The notes: generated from the sequence alone by a model not told the origin. Shown: positions 24,041 to 38,539, counted from the first letter of the stretch. The stretch: DNA of 64,000 bases from Octopus vulgaris (GCA_951406725.2 OX597834.1:434001-498000), one strand, 5' to 3'. Made by a program: numbers and translations.

Positions 24041-27000
24041 CGATATATATATACATAGCTTAAATTGTATATATGCATTAATAAATTATATATTGATTAA
24101 TAAGCTTTTTGACACCTATCAAACTATTTCCTTCACATTCTATGCAGATTTTTATGACTCAACCAACTCTACCCACAAGAAAAGTAAGCAGTTCCCTTTG
24201 TACAGAAATATACTCATAGATTTGGTCTTAACCATTTAGGTTAACATTCTCCAGGAGAAATAATTTGTAAATACTTAACAATGACCTGGATGTCATTCCA
24301 AAAGGTTTTTAAAAACTACTTTAGATTTTATCAGTTTTGAAAAGCTAAAATCCCATGATGGGATTTGAAATCAGAAACTAAATGGCCAGAACCAAACACT
24401 GTCAGCATTCTTGTTTAATGTCCTATAAACTGTTCTTTCTACCATCCTGCATCATCAACATTTAGTGCCCATGTTCCATGCTGGAATCGGTCAAACAGTT
24501 TGATCAGAAAGATCAGATTGGTCCAAGGACTGTATTATGTTCCCATGTCCGATTCAGTACAGTTTCTACAGCTGGGTGCACTTCATAATGCCAACCACTT
24601 TATATCCACTGGCAGTGGTGACGTTGCTATTCAGCTCACAAGACTAGAAACTCTGAGGGAAGAAGGGTCAGCTTTGTTTTGTTTTGCTAGAAGGGGAAGG
24701 GCTGGGCAGCAGACAGACTTTTAAGGTCCTCAAGAGGGGTGAGACGAATGTCAGATGTTCACAGACCAAAGAGTTGGCCTGAATCCTTACAAAAGAGTGA
24801 TCCTGGCTCCTAAGCACATCATATGGGGGTGCTAAATTGGATAAAGGATTCATTTCACCCCTCAAACAATCAAGAATGGTTCCTACAACAGTGTTTCATA
24901 TAATTTTTGTTTACTAAAATTTAATTCAGCCAGCATTGGTGAAGCCAAGGAGCCAATGGCAGATGATGCTTGCCCAAAGCGTCATGCAGTAAAGCTGAAC
25001 CGGAAACCTTTTGGCTGGAAAACAAACTGCTTAACCATTCAGCAACAACTGCACCCTATGCTGGCATTTTTTGATATTTCAGTCTCTACACAGTCAGCTG
25101 ATCTGCTAGAAATAGCAGCCAAATCAAATCACAACTACACTACCTTAGAAAAGAGCTCACTAAATAATATTATGTACTTTTAGGTTCCCTGCACACAAGA
25201 ATAAGCTAGGATGGTGATGGACAGAATGGCCACAAAATTAAGACAGACAAAGCAACAACAAATATACAAACATTACAACAACAAAAGAAATAAGTTTGTT
25301 CACAATTTTAAAATATTTCCATCATTTCAGTAAAAAATATTTGAAATTGTTTAATTGCTGTAAATTAATGCAGGTCAATGTTAATTACTTAATTGGGCTA
25401 ATTAGTGTGTGAGTGGGAGGGCGAAGGGTGTGAGATTACAAACCTTTTGGTGAAGAAAAAGATTTGAGTGCAAATCTTTGTTTATAAAGAATATTCTTTG
25501 AATGATGGAGTGTGTGAGTGGAATGGTGGGTGGAAGTGTCTAGGCTGGGGGGGGGGGAGATAGAGCAAGGGGAACAGGAGAGAGAGAAACAGGAAAGGGA
25601 ACACTCCACATGTGAAGATTTTAGAGAGCTTTGAAGATGTTTGCTGCATTTCTCCACCAATCAAATGAACAAATACCCACAGAATTTATTGTTCTATTGT
25701 CCAAAGAATCTCTCAAACAAGAATTTCTCAAAGTGGAGTCCTTGATAAAATCCTGGAGTTCCATAAGAGAAAGGGTTTTAAATAAAATTTAGTGAAATTT
25801 ATTTTTACAAAAAACAGTTTTCACCATTTTTAAAATCATAAGATATGGTAAGTTTTGTTTTGATATGAATAAATTTTCTCTCTAAAATAATTTTTAATTC
25901 ATTTAATGTTTTATTAAAAATAGGATGGTGACTTAGCAGCGTTTTGTCTGTCTTTACATTCTCTGAGTTCAAATTCTGCAGAGGTTGACTTTGCCTTTCA
26001 TCCTTTTGGGGTCGCTGAAATAAGTACCAGTTATGCACTGGGGTCAAACTTGCTGGCTTTGTATCTAGATTTGAAACCAATAGTGGGGGAGTCCTTAAAA
26101 TAAAGGCGGTTCTGCAGTTTCTGAGAAGCCATCTAAGGATTTTTTAACAAAGTAAGTTTGGGAATCATTACCTTCGAGTGTCCATGTAAATCTGCTGGTA
26201 CACTTGTAAGATGTACAGATGGACTCAGAACTAACTGTTCTGCTCTTAAGCAAGGTGGATTCCTGATATTTTAAACCAGAACATGCTTAAATTTGATTAG
26301 AAATCAAAGCCCTGTTGTTAAAGTAGGGTACATCTAAAATGCAGGTACTGTCTTTTTATCTGGGTCTCAGAAAAATGAAAGATTTATACTAAAAGCAGAT
26401 TTATCATTTGTTTTATTTTCTGTATTTTAGCTACATGTTGTCACACTTATAGAAGAGAATCCATTGTACTTGGGGTACAGTTTGTCAGGATGTCTGGTAT
26501 AGCACTCTGCCAAATCACTGGTCAGATGTCCAGATCTACAAATGTAACAGAATCGTTCTGGGGGTGGATGTCTATATGTTGACCCTTGTGCTTTTCTTCA
26601 GTAGTGAGTGTAACTTACAGAAAACCCTTTTGTTGATCAGCCCCAGGTCAACTCTGACTGAGCAGAACTCTGATCAAAAGCACATTATATAGTAATAAAT
26701 ACAACTTCTTAACAACACGGCTGCAAATATATAACCGACGCCTCACACAAACATCATCATCATCATCATTTTCCCATGCTTGCAAAAAGCAGATGGAGTT
26801 CTATGGCTGGATACCTTTCCTGTCACAAACCCTCATCTCTACTCAAGCAAGTTAATATTTTTCCATGACCAAATATGTTTTTCCCAAAAGAATGGAAATA
26901 AGGTGATGGCAAGATGAGGTGACAAACACACACACACATGCATATATGGTGGGCTTCTTTCAGTTTCTGTCTACTAACTTTCCTCTCGAAGCTTCAGTTG

Positions 27001-27434
27001 GCCTGGGGCTAGGTCCGAGGTGCAACATACTGGGAGTGAGCTGAAAATCATGAGGGTGTGAAGCAAGTTTCTCAACTACACAGCAGCCTTGCCAAAGCAT
27101 ATTAATCTTGGTTGATACTAATAGCAGCCAAACCTCTTTCAAATCTTGCTTTGCTATCTTTAAAATGAAGGACAGAGTGGAGACAACATAGATTCAAGTG
27201 GAATATTTTGTGTTGTTGAGAATGTGTCTATCTGATTAATGCTGGTGCCACAAGAAAATGTTGCCAGAATCTTTTGTAAAGTAGTCAGTGTTAAGAAGGA
27301 CATTTTACCATAAAAAGTCAACCAAGAATGAAATGTAAGAGTAACCTGTTGCGGAAGGCAGTAAAGCAAGATCAGAACTCCCTTGAGCTGTTAGTGACTT
27401 GCTTGACCAATGCTAGCAGGAGGGGCAGATAGAT

Positions 27435-27905
27435 CATCATCATCATCATCGTCATCATCGTTTAACATTCGCTTTCTATGCTAGCATGGGTTGGACGATT
27501 TGACTGAGGTCTGGTGAACCAGATGCCTGCACCAGACTCCAATCTGATCTGGCAGAGTTTCTACGGCTGGATGCCCTTCCTAACGCCAACCACTCTGAGA
27601 GTGTAGTGGGTGCTTTTACATGCCGCTGGCACGAGGGCCAGTCAGGCGGTACTGGCAATGGCCACTCTCAAGTAGTGCTTTTTATGTGTCACCTGCACAG
27701 AAGTCAGTCCAGCGGCACTGGCACCGACCTCGCTCTAATGTTTTATCACGTGCCACCAGCACAAGTGCTAGTAAGGCGACGCAGGTAATGATCACGCTCG
27801 AATGGTGTGCTTAACATGTGCCATCGGCACAGAGGCCAGCTTGTTGCTCTGGCAACGATCACGCTCGTATGGTACTCTTAGCACAGATGCCAGTCATCGA
27901 ATTTG
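27435..27905 (-). mobile_element. RTE-family 3' UTR copy
   Basis: Reverse complement of the 3' UTR at 2540-2926, with additional tandem units. Confidence 0.88.
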
Positions 27906-28333
27906 ATATGATGATGATGATGAAAGGATCAGGGATGGGGTTGTTAAACAAGACAAGGATAGAGTAATTCTATGACCAAAGTTCCAAAGGAATCACAGCA
28001 AGAGATTCCAACGGTTTTCTTCTAACAGTAATGGCTGGCAGTTGCTCAAATGGCATCATAGCCAAATCTCCCTCAAGTTACACTGTACTACCTTAAAAAC
28101 TGAGTAGATACATGTTGTCTATGATACTTTATCGAAAAGGCTGGATAGTCATAGTTGGATTGCCTTTAATTATGGGTCTGTTGTAGCTAAACCAAAACAA
28201 CAAGTATAAAAAAAAACACCCAAAATATTTTCTATATTTCTTTTTGGATTTTGTCTCTTTTTGGTCTGTTTCAGTTCCTGGCATTGATTGAGGAGGCTGT
28301 AAAACTGATTAACTTGCTTAAGATATTGAGTAA

Positions 28334-28353
28334 GAGAGAGAGGGAGAGAGAGA

Positions 28354-28409
<56 letters not shown>

Positions 28410-28440
28410 GAGGGAGAGAGAGAGAGAGGGAGAGAGAGAT
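28334..28440. repeat. (GA)n microsatellite
   Basis: Direct reading. Confidence 0.95.
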
Positions 28441-28500
28441 GAGTTGGATCAGAGATTCATCTCTCACTCTCTAAAAGAGAGAGAGAGAGAGAGTGAGAGG

Positions 28501-28533
<33 letters not shown>

Positions 28534-30219
28534 AAGTGAGAGAGGTGGAAGAGATGGAAGCAAATAATCCAAGATTCCCGAAGATGTATAGTGAACTGTT
28601 CCAAAGCAAGTATAGATTTCTTGGATCAGAAAGAAAGAGGTGGGTGAGAGGGAGAAAGAGAAAATGGAGAGAGGAAGAGGGGCAGTAAGAGAGAGAAGTT
28701 GTAGTACTTTAGTTAGTGAGGAGAGTAAGAAAGCAATAAGAGGGAGCAGAGAGAGAGAGAGAGAGGGGGGGAAAGAGAGAGTGATTGCATGCTGGTGTTC
28801 TAACAGCTTATTAACATACATGACGTCATTTGAATCTATTTTTAGACTTCCATTCTCAGTTGTTGAAGGAAACATACCCCCTCCTCCTCCTCCTCCTCCT
28901 CCCCTACAACTTGGGTTGTTTTACAGAAATAACAACAAATTCTGACCTAAAAATCATCCATTGAACCAATGCGGGGAATTAAAAGACACAGACTTAATAA
29001 TAATAATAATGATAATAATAATAATAACAATAAAATGAATAAAAAAAAAATAATAATAATTATAGATATTAATATGAGGTTGACAACAACAATAGCATCA
29101 ATAATAGTAATATATTCACACACTTCAGTTTCACACACAAAATCCAACAATGTAAATCACACACGCACACACACACACACACACACACGCACAAAATGTG
29201 TGTGTGTGCATATATATATATTGTGTGTGTATTTATATATATGAATGTATGTATATAGGTGAGGGTTAATACAAATATGAGTCATTTGACCTGCTAGAAA
29301 CAGCAGTCTAATCTCTCAAATCGCATATATCATCTTTAAGAAAAAGGAAAACACATTCTGTAGTAATAAAGACAGTCATAAAGACGGGATGGTCATGGAT
29401 GGAACGTGTTTAACCATTGGCATGCTTTACACCTCCTGATATGGACATCAGCTCTTTGTATAAGGACAATAATAATAATAATGGTTCTAAATTTTGTCAG
29501 AAGGCCAGCAAGCTTGTGGGTGGGCTAAGCCGATTACATGAACCCCAGTATTCTACTGGTATTTATTTCATTGAAAGGCAGAGTTGACCTTTGCTAGAAT
29601 TTGAACTCAGAATACAAAGGTGTGCAAAATGCTGCCAAACCTTTTGTCTAGTTTGCCCACTGCCTTAATAACAATGATGATGATGACAATAATGATTTTT
29701 TTTTATTTGCCACTAGAGCATGGATGAGGGGGACATCAAAAGCGATGATGTGTGTCTGTGTGGATTTACATAAAAGACAAGGAGAAGGAAATGAAAAAGG
29801 CAATGAAATGTGTGATAAAAAATATATTTTGTGTGATAACACGAATGACACAATCCTTCTGATGCACGAAAAACTCCAGCTGGGGCCAATCAAGGAACCC
29901 CACAGATCCAGAATTACCCTAACCACCAAAGGCATGCTTTGAGTAGGGCCATTCACCATTTTTGCCTCAGTCCCCCATCTTTTCACAAATTCACTGGGAG
30001 GTAGACCTTCTGAGATGATTAAATCAACTCCAATATTTGACTGGTTCTTTATTCTATTGACCCAGGGCGGCTGAAAAACAAAGTTACCCTTGGTGGGATT
30101 AGAACCTACAACATAAAGAACAGGAATAAATACTACAAGGTATTTTGTTTTACACTGAAACAATTCTGATGATCCATCATCTTTAAAAAATGATGATGAT
30201 AATTTTTACCATATTTTTT

Positions 30220-30597
30220 TTCTTTTACTTGTTTCAGTCATTTAACTGTGGCCATGCTGGAGCACCATCTTTAGTCAAGCAAATCGACCTCAGGACTATA
30301 TATTTTGCAACCTAGTACTTATTCTATTGGTCTCTTTTGCCGAACCGCTAAGTTACGGGGATGTAAGCACACTAGCATCAGTTGTCAAGCGATGTTGAGG
30401 AGACAAACACACACACACACACACATATATACGACGGGCTTCTTTCAGTTTCCGTCTGCCAAATCCACTCACAAGGCTTTGGTTGGCCTGAGGCTATAGT
30501 AGAAGACACTTGCCCAAGGTGCCACACAGTGGGAATGAACCCAGAACCATGTGGCTGGTAAGCAAGCTACTTACCACACAGCCACTCCTGTGCCTAT
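30220..30597 (-). mobile_element. tRNA-derived SINE, family B
   Basis: Reverse complement of 62864-63271. Partial copies at ~17605-17760(+), 18070-18180(-), 24900-25060(-), 26945-27090(-), 42255-42400(-), 60270-60365(-). Confidence 0.88.
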
Positions 30598-32297
30598 ATG
30601 TACAAGAATTCAAATACTTGACTGGTTTTTTTTATTCTCTGGAACCCCAGAAAGATGAAAGGCAAGGCTCACCTCAGCATCATTTGATTTCAAGCCATTG
30701 AAAGACACTTTGTGAGATTTTCCAGATGCTCTGCTATTTCTAAGCCTTTCTCATTTTTGACCAAATGTCTACATTTACAGCCCCAACTTGACCAAGACAT
30801 TCTGACTTTGCTGGAAACATTAGGGATAGAGTGTGTGTATGTGTGTGCGTGTGTGGCTTTTTCTGATGTATAGCTGTCAGGTGAGATCGTGGAGGCAGGT
30901 ATGCACCATTGCAGTGCATTGCTTCATTCACCATTTTTTGGTATATTCCTGGATCTTCCTGGTTGACCCATTGGACAGAGTCCCAGTTAGTTCCTATTTC
31001 CACTAGATACCTCTTTGTCCACTATGTGACACATGGCTGACCAACATGAGCTCTCAACCCAACCAGATCCTCAGTGAAGAGAACCCAATAAGCAGGGCTT
31101 TTGAGCAATATGGCTGAAGTTTGAGCTGGTTCTCCTGAATCATACAAGTAAAAGGATGCATCTCAATTTCTGAGCAGAATTGTTGGTTGGATACCATCCA
31201 ACCAATGGCAGCCCATAATCCTGTGAAGTGTCCTGGTATCAAAGTAGTTCAGGTGATCCCTAAGGGTTCCAGACAGTGTTCAAGTCACTCAACAGAGCAA
31301 GACAGAGAAGGCCAGAGACTTAAAGACCAATGAGATGCTGTACAGCAGTGAGAGATATAAACATGGTGGGTGAGGATTGAAAGAACTGATGCTGTACAGG
31401 CCAATCCCTTGAAATAGTTATTCTCCATTGTGTTACAAACACTCCCTCGTCAATCTCGCAAACAGAAATACAGTGAACCAGTAACTGATCCGCTGCTGAA
31501 AACTATTGATCCCCAAATCATGATATAAAATGCAAATAAATATATTTAATCTTGCAATACTAATGCCATGTAACAAACACTGAAGCAACTTTGACACAAA
31601 CATAGAAGTGACTTAAATGTCAGAGTTTTGTAATCTTTGTCTTCCTACATAGAAGACTTAAAAACACATTTCAGAGTTTTCTGTTTCATGGCTTTAACAC
31701 AAGATTTTTTTGTCACATAATTTAACAGTCTTCATAATTTACTTATAAGTGTAATATCAGTGGTTTTAAATACAATTTCATAATAATAGTCAGTGCAAGA
31801 GAAGTTGTTGTTATTATTGTTGTTGTTGTTGTTGTTGTTGTTAATAGTTGTGAGGGTGGCAAACTGGCAGAATCGTTAATGCACTGGACAAAATGCTTAG
31901 TGGCATTTTGCACGTCACTATATTCCGTGTTCAAATTCCACTGAGGTCAACTTTGCCTTTCATCCTTTTGGGGTCGATAAAATAAGTACCAGTTGAATAC
32001 TGGGGTTGATGTAACCTACTCATGCCCACCTCCCACAAGCTGTCCTCCTGGCAAAAATTTGAAGTAATTATTATTAATCGTTGTAGCATGGGTGGATGCA
32101 CCACAACAGGGTGTTACTGCATCCTTATTGTTATTGATTCCCAACTATTCCTGGCAGCTGACACTCTTGCACCACTCAGGTGACAACCCTACAACCCATG
32201 GGTCTGTTTTGGTAGTCTTTGTTGGTGAAGGTTTTTTTTGAGATCAGAGGGCAAATCCTACCTCCACCATTTTTCAGTGACCTTTTATGACATGAAA

Positions 32298-33660
32298 AAT
32301 TCGTCCCCGGTTATTTTGTCGTCAGTTAATTTGTTCCTGGTCAATTCATCCTCAGCTCAATTCATCCTCAGCTCAATTCCCCGTTGGCCAATTTGTCTCA
32401 AAATACTCTTAAATGTGATTTTCAAGGGAAAGTTTAGAACAATCACTTTAGAATAAAAATTGTCATTGGACAGTTTTAAATATTTTTTTCCTTTTCTTTA
32501 GCCCTCCCCTCTCTCTCAACTATGATGCCACCCCACTTACAAATGTTGGGTTTTCCATTCCGAGTGAACACTCCTACCTTGACAATGAGGAAATGTTTTT
32601 ACAGTATGGGGTGGAAGATTCAAAACGAACCCTAATATTTGCAATTGACGAAGAACCGGGCGACTTAGGGAACATTTAAGGGCTGCTCCAGTATATTTTT
32701 CCAGCTATACTTGACATTCAAATTGATAATTTTAATGCCTCCCAATTGTTTGCATTACTCTTCTTCTGATGAAAGTCAAGACGCATAGAGTAGACTTCTT
32801 GCCAAAAGAAATGAATTACTGCAGAATGAGAGACTGGATAATAGAATTATGGATTTCGAAAAGGCAGCTTATAATGGATTTCTGGAATCATTTTCTGGGT
32901 CGAATTTGGCTTGTTTTGTTTAGAACAAAATGTGCAAGAAGGATTAAAATGTTGATATCACAAAGATGACAGTTTTAGCCTAAAAATGTGGTGTTTTTTT
33001 GTGCTTGTTTTCCTGCTGGTTGATGATGTTGTAGATGAATATGAACAACTTGTAGATGATGATGATATTCCACAATCAATTGTATCCTATTTTGAAAATG
33101 ATTATATAGGACCACCTAAAAGAAGAGGAAAGAGGAGGTGATGCCTTAAACCTTCATTTCCATTACTTATATGGAATGTTTGGGATCGATGTAAGACGGG
33201 GATTGTTTAGAAGCCTGCCACAGCTGCTGTAAAATATTAGTCATCCAAATATTTGGGAACTTATTGATGTGATTAAATGTGAGGAAAGGTTTGCCAGGAT
33301 CAAATTGCAGAAGTTTATGGAAGGAGAAGAACCAAACCAAAAGAAAAAATACAGAGATATGAACCTGCGAATAAAAAATGTCATGGAAAAATATGATCCA
33401 AACCCCAAAATTATTTTTCTAAAAGTAATTGCTCACAATCTTAAATTTGAAGGGAAAAATAAATATGGAATGCAGCAAATCTTAAATTAAATGTTTTTTT
33501 AATTCAGATATTTGTTCTATTTTTCCTATGATCTCGACAAATTGACTGACGACAAATCGACTGACGACAAATTGACCTGGGAATGAATTGACCAACGATG
33601 AATTGATTTGGGACAAATTAAACAATGACAAATTGCTGTCAACGAATTGACTGGAGACTG
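32298..33660 (+). mobile_element. Internally deleted Mutator-like (MULE) DNA transposon
   Basis: Broken translation VVDEYEQLV..SYFENDYIG..PSFPLLIWNV..HPNIWELIDVIKCEE..KKKYRDMNLRIKN..FLKVIAHNL, typical of the C-terminus of metazoan MULE transposases. Inverted arrays of ~15-bp units at both ends. Confidence 0.8.
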
Positions 33661-34881
33661 TCACTATACTGATGAATGTATAATGATACCTGAAACATCA
33701 TCATCCAGTTGATGCCTCTTTTCCTATCCATGGTGAGATTGTATAAACAGGGTTGTCTTATGTAATGAATGAGTTTAATGAATTTGTTAAAGCAGTGAAG
33801 GCTTACTATGGGGTATAATAGCCAGATACATTCCCATAGTAAAACTTAGTACGTTTGTTTTAGTTTAGCCATGAGTTAGTCAGAAGAAAAGAGGTGCTGG
33901 GAAGTTTACCCTAGAGCAAAGGTCTGACCTGAGTGTGGATTCAACTAAAAATACCCAAGAAATGGGTGGGGACCCACAACTGACCCTGGGTCTATGATAC
34001 AGACTTCCTGCTTTAAACTGATCTAAATTAAAAACTTAATGCCAATATTTCATTTATGTTCCAGACACTGACTTGAATATGACATTTATTTTTCTAAATT
34101 CTTCATTATTTTCAGGATTAATTGAAATAAAGATGATGTATTTCATTAGGAATATGGTAACAAGAGAGTTAAGTCTGCAAGTGGAATGCTAGTTCTTCTG
34201 ACACATTTCCACACAGTCTCCATGTACCAAATTCCACTCACAAAATAGTTAATCCCCCACTATGTAGTATCATATACAAAATACACATTGTAGATTGAAA
34301 TAAATGTTTCTTAGTTGAGAAGAAAACTTAATAACAAAACAAGCATGCCTGTCCTCACAACTCACACAAAAATGCCACAAAGAATTGCAAAATCAGCAAC
34401 AAATACATTCAGGTGATTCCACCAAAGACCAAATTTCAATAAAAAGAAAATCTGAAACAGTAAAGTCAGTTTTCTGTTATGGTAGAAAGTTGGTTGTATT
34501 ATTTCATGAGCAGAAGAAATTGCCAATATTTAGATAGAGTCTCCACTCAAAGACACATTAGTGTGATATTGATTTTGAGAGAAATGGGTAGGAAGTGGTC
34601 CAAAACTGAGGTTTTATGACTCCAAAACTGAAGTAGATCAGGAAATGGAAATTGTTCAATATTACAACTAAATATGCACATTAAGACTTCACAGGAGACG
34701 AACAGAAAATTTTTGTGTGTATGTGTAGGTTAGAGAACTATACACACACACACACACACATAGAAAGTTGTGTGTGTGTGTGTGTGTGTGAAGGATAGAG
34801 AATTAGATAGATAAATATATACACAAATATACATTCATTAGAATATCAAAAGTGTTAACAAAATGTGTATGTATACATGTT

Positions 34882-36205
34882 TCATCATCATCATTGTCGT
34901 TTAACGTCTGCTTTCCATGCTGGCATGGGTTGGACGGTTTGACTGATGGCTGGCGAGCCAGAAGGCTGCACCAGGCTCCAATCTGATCTGGCAGAGTTTC
35001 TACAGCTGGATGCCATCCTAATGCCAACCACTCCAAGAGTGTAGTGGGTGCTTTTTATGTACTACCAGCAGGAGGGCCAGTCAGGCGGTACTGGCAACGG
35101 CCACGCTCCAATGGTGTTTTTTACATGCCACCAGCACAGGAGCCAGTCAGGTGACACTGGCAATGATCACACTCGAATGGTGTGTTTTACATGCCACTGG
35201 CATGGGAGCCAGTCAGGCGGCACTGGCAATGATCACACTTGAATGGTGCTTTTAAGTGCCACTAGTACAGATGCCAATCAGGCGGTACTGTCATCGGCCT
35301 CGACAGCAATGTTACTTGCCTCAACAGGTCTTCACAAGTGCATTTTATTGCCCAGTGATTGAAGGGTCTTCTCAGATGGGCTGGTTATACTGCACTGGCA
35401 TAGGTCTTCTCAAGCACAGTATATCTCCAAAGGTCTCAGTCACTAGTCATCATCTTGGTGAAGCCCAATGTTCGAAGGTCGTGCTTCACCGCCTCATCCC
35501 AGGTTTACCTCTTCCACAGGCTCCCTCAACTGCTAGGGTGTGACACATTTTCACACAGCTGTCCTCATCCATTCTCGCCACATGACCATACCAGTGCAGT
35601 CGTCTCTCTTGCACACCACATCTGATGCTTCTTAGGTCCAACTTTTCTCTCAAGGTACTTACACTCTGTCGAGTATGCACACTGACATTACACATCCAGC
35701 AGAGCATACTGGCTTCATTCTTTGCAAGCTTACACATGTCCTCAGCAGTCACAGCCCATGTTTCATTGCCATGTAGCATGGCTGTTTGTACACATGCATC
35801 ATACAGTCTACCTTTCGCTCTAAGTGAGAGGCTGTTTGTCACCAAGAGAGGTAGGAGCTCTCTGAACTTTACCTAGGCTATTCTTATTCTTCCAGCTACA
35901 CTTTCAGAGCATCCATTCCCACTACTGACTTGGTCACCTAGGTAATGGAAGCTATCAACTACTTCTAGTTTTTCCCCCTGGAATGTGACAGAAGCTGTTT
36001 TCAGTGTTTATTGCCCCTGAGCATTTGCCACACACAAAAACTATCTTCCCAGTTAGCCTTCCTTTAATATTGCTACATCTCTTATGTGTTCATAGCTTAC
36101 ACTGGGTACATCGTATGGAGTTTCTACCTACGCCTTTTCTACAGATCGGACCTGAAGGGATTTGTGGTTTGTCTGCCTTCCTACTTATTAAGACTTTGGT
36201 TTTTC
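34882..36205 (-). mobile_element. 5'-truncated copy of the PHD-containing RTE LINE
   Basis: ORF 35486-35845 is paralogous to 1960-2330; PHD segment at ~36020-36150; 3' UTR and (CAT)n tail. Confidence 0.93.
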
Positions 36206-36331
36206 ATAGAATTCAAGCTGTAATTAGTGTCAAAGACAGTCCTACCCTATATTAAAATAAATTTGTTTGAAATTTTAAGGTTTTTCCATTATTTTGTCCA
36301 ACCCTTGTATATATATATATATATATATATA

Positions 36332-36542
36332 TAGTAATGGTATTTTTTAATAAGCTTTCAGCTTATGGCGATATCCGTGCAATGAGTAAGGAAAATAATC
36401 TAATAAAGGGGCATAGAAGCACTCGACAAAAAAAAGTAGGCTTTCTGAGGGCTTACATGCCTCATTATTAGACTATTTTCCTTAATCATTTGCAAGGTGG
36501 TCAATATAAGCTTTAAGCTTATTAGAAAATACCATTATTATT
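36332..36542. repeat. Short foldback/MITE-like inverted repeat in (TA)n context
   Basis: TAATGGTATTTTTTAATAAGCTT..AAGGAAAATAATCTAATAA..GGCAT is mirrored by ATGCC..TTATTAGACTATTTTCCTT..AAGCTTATTAGAAAATACCATTA. Confidence 0.8.
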
Positions 36543-36594
36543 ATTATTATTATTTACAGAATTATAAAACTCGGCACTGTTTAACAAAACCATT

Positions 36595-36684
<90 letters not shown>

Positions 36685-36689
36685 TAGTG

Positions 36690-37015
36690 AAACTATTAAA
36701 AGTGAAACTATTATAAGTGAAACAATATAGAAGTAAAACTATTTATAACTGTTACTTCGTGGAAGATTGTGTGGTTAGAATTAAAAGTAAAAGTATAAAA
36801 GTAAAACAATATCTCCCATTACAATATACATGTTATTGTTTCACTTTTATTCTTCGAGTGTTGACGCATAATACGGAACCAGTGCCAATGTTGCATTGTT
36901 TTAATCCAAAAGAATTACATGTTGACACTCACAGGGTCTCATAGTATTACCATGTCAAATTTGAGTTGATTTGGTTTAGCCATTTGAGAATGCATTGGGA
37001 ACAGAGAGACAAGGG

Positions 37016-37020
<5 letters not shown>
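36690..37020 (-). mobile_element. Helitron-like repeat related to 3035-3330
   Basis: Minus strand shares AACCAAATCAACTCAAATTTGACATG and AAAAGTGAAACAATAACAT with the 3035 element. Confidence 0.4.
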
Positions 37021-37076
<56 letters not shown>

Positions 37077-37094
37077 TTATATGTATATATAATT

Positions 37095-37283
37095 ATATAT
37101 TAAATTAGAGACAAAACCACTATTAGGCAAGTCAAACAGTGAAAAATATAAACCAAAACATAGAAATAAAATTAATTAATATAAAATATACAAAATATAT
37201 AAAATATAAAATTCAAAATTTAAATTATTTAAATTTAAAGTTAAAATTAAAAAAAATTTTAAATTATTAATATATACTTATAA

Positions 37284-37326
<43 letters not shown>

Positions 37327-37534
37327 ATTATTTTAATTTTTATTGTTTTTTTAATTTTTTAATTTAATTTTTTAATTTTTTTATTTTCAAATATTATATA
37401 ATTATTTGATTTGAAATTAAATTTAATAATATGAATAGTGATTTTTTTTGTTAAATATTTAGGTAATTAGATATAGACTATAACTGAGATTAGATTATTT
37501 ACCTTATAGTGGCTTTGTCTCTAATTTAATATAT
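37095..37534. mobile_element. MITE-like element: ~35-bp inverted termini around an extremely AT-rich core
   Basis: ATATATTAAATTAGAGACAAAACCACTAT vs ATAGTGGCTTTGTCTCTAATTTAATATAT. Confidence 0.65.
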
Positions 37535-37610
37535 AAATATATATATTTATACTGTAAAATTAGATTTAATTCTAAATCTAATTTTCCCCTGTAAGTTTGG
37601 ATTTACTCCC

Positions 37611-37742
<132 letters not shown>

Positions 37743-38102
37743 AATATATACACATATATTTAGGGTTTAGGTTTTAGAGTTTTGTCTTGGGGGTGAGGGT
37801 CGTAAATCACTTCCTTGTTTCAGTGGGTGAGGTTGAAATTTGATATTGTTGTGATGAGTGGTCAGTCTACATCTATCCATCACTACAGGTTTATAGCTTT
37901 AAGTTTATAGTGTGTGTGTGTGCGCATATACACACATACATACATACATACATACATGCATACACACATACATACACACAGGCATAAGTATGTAAATACA
38001 TACATACATGCATGCATACATGCATGCATACATACATACACACATACATACGTACATGTATATAACGAACTAACTGTTACTTTCTCAGATGCAGCACGGA
38101 TT

Positions 38103-38153
38103 TTTGTCAGTGAACAGGTCGCGGTCTTAAAGCGACGAAAATATTTTGACAAA
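38103..38153 (+). ncRNA. Minimal type I hammerhead ribozyme fold with G3-C8 covariant core
   Basis: Stem I TTTGTCA/TGACAAA; core GTGAACA; extra G; stem II GTCGC/GCGAC; GAAA; palindromic stem III AATATT; predicted cleavage after 38146. Confidence 0.68.
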
Positions 38154-38454
38154 TTAAACTTAAATTTTGAAGTGAATTGAACGGCTTTTGTGTGTTTCTC
38201 GAATGGCTTACAAACACCTTCCACGCTGCAATTGTTTTCGTTTCAGCACACGATCTCAGATCAAATCACTTGCTATGCAAGTACATCTCCGTAATATATG
38301 TATATATATATGCATAAACATAATTACAGGAACCCACACATACACACACACATATATATACCTACACACATATATATATACACATGTACATATGTCTATA
38401 CATATGTTGTATATATATATATACACGCATATACATACACATACATATATACAT

Positions 38455-38495
<41 letters not shown>

Positions 38496-38539
38496 TACAA
38501 ATATATACATACATATATAAATATGGATGTATATATGTA

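Noticed and set aside
32298-32400. Short regularly spaced repeats (CRISPR-like appearance; also the RTE UTR units)
   Set aside because: Tandem units without unique spacers, part of eukaryotic transposon ends; no cas genes.
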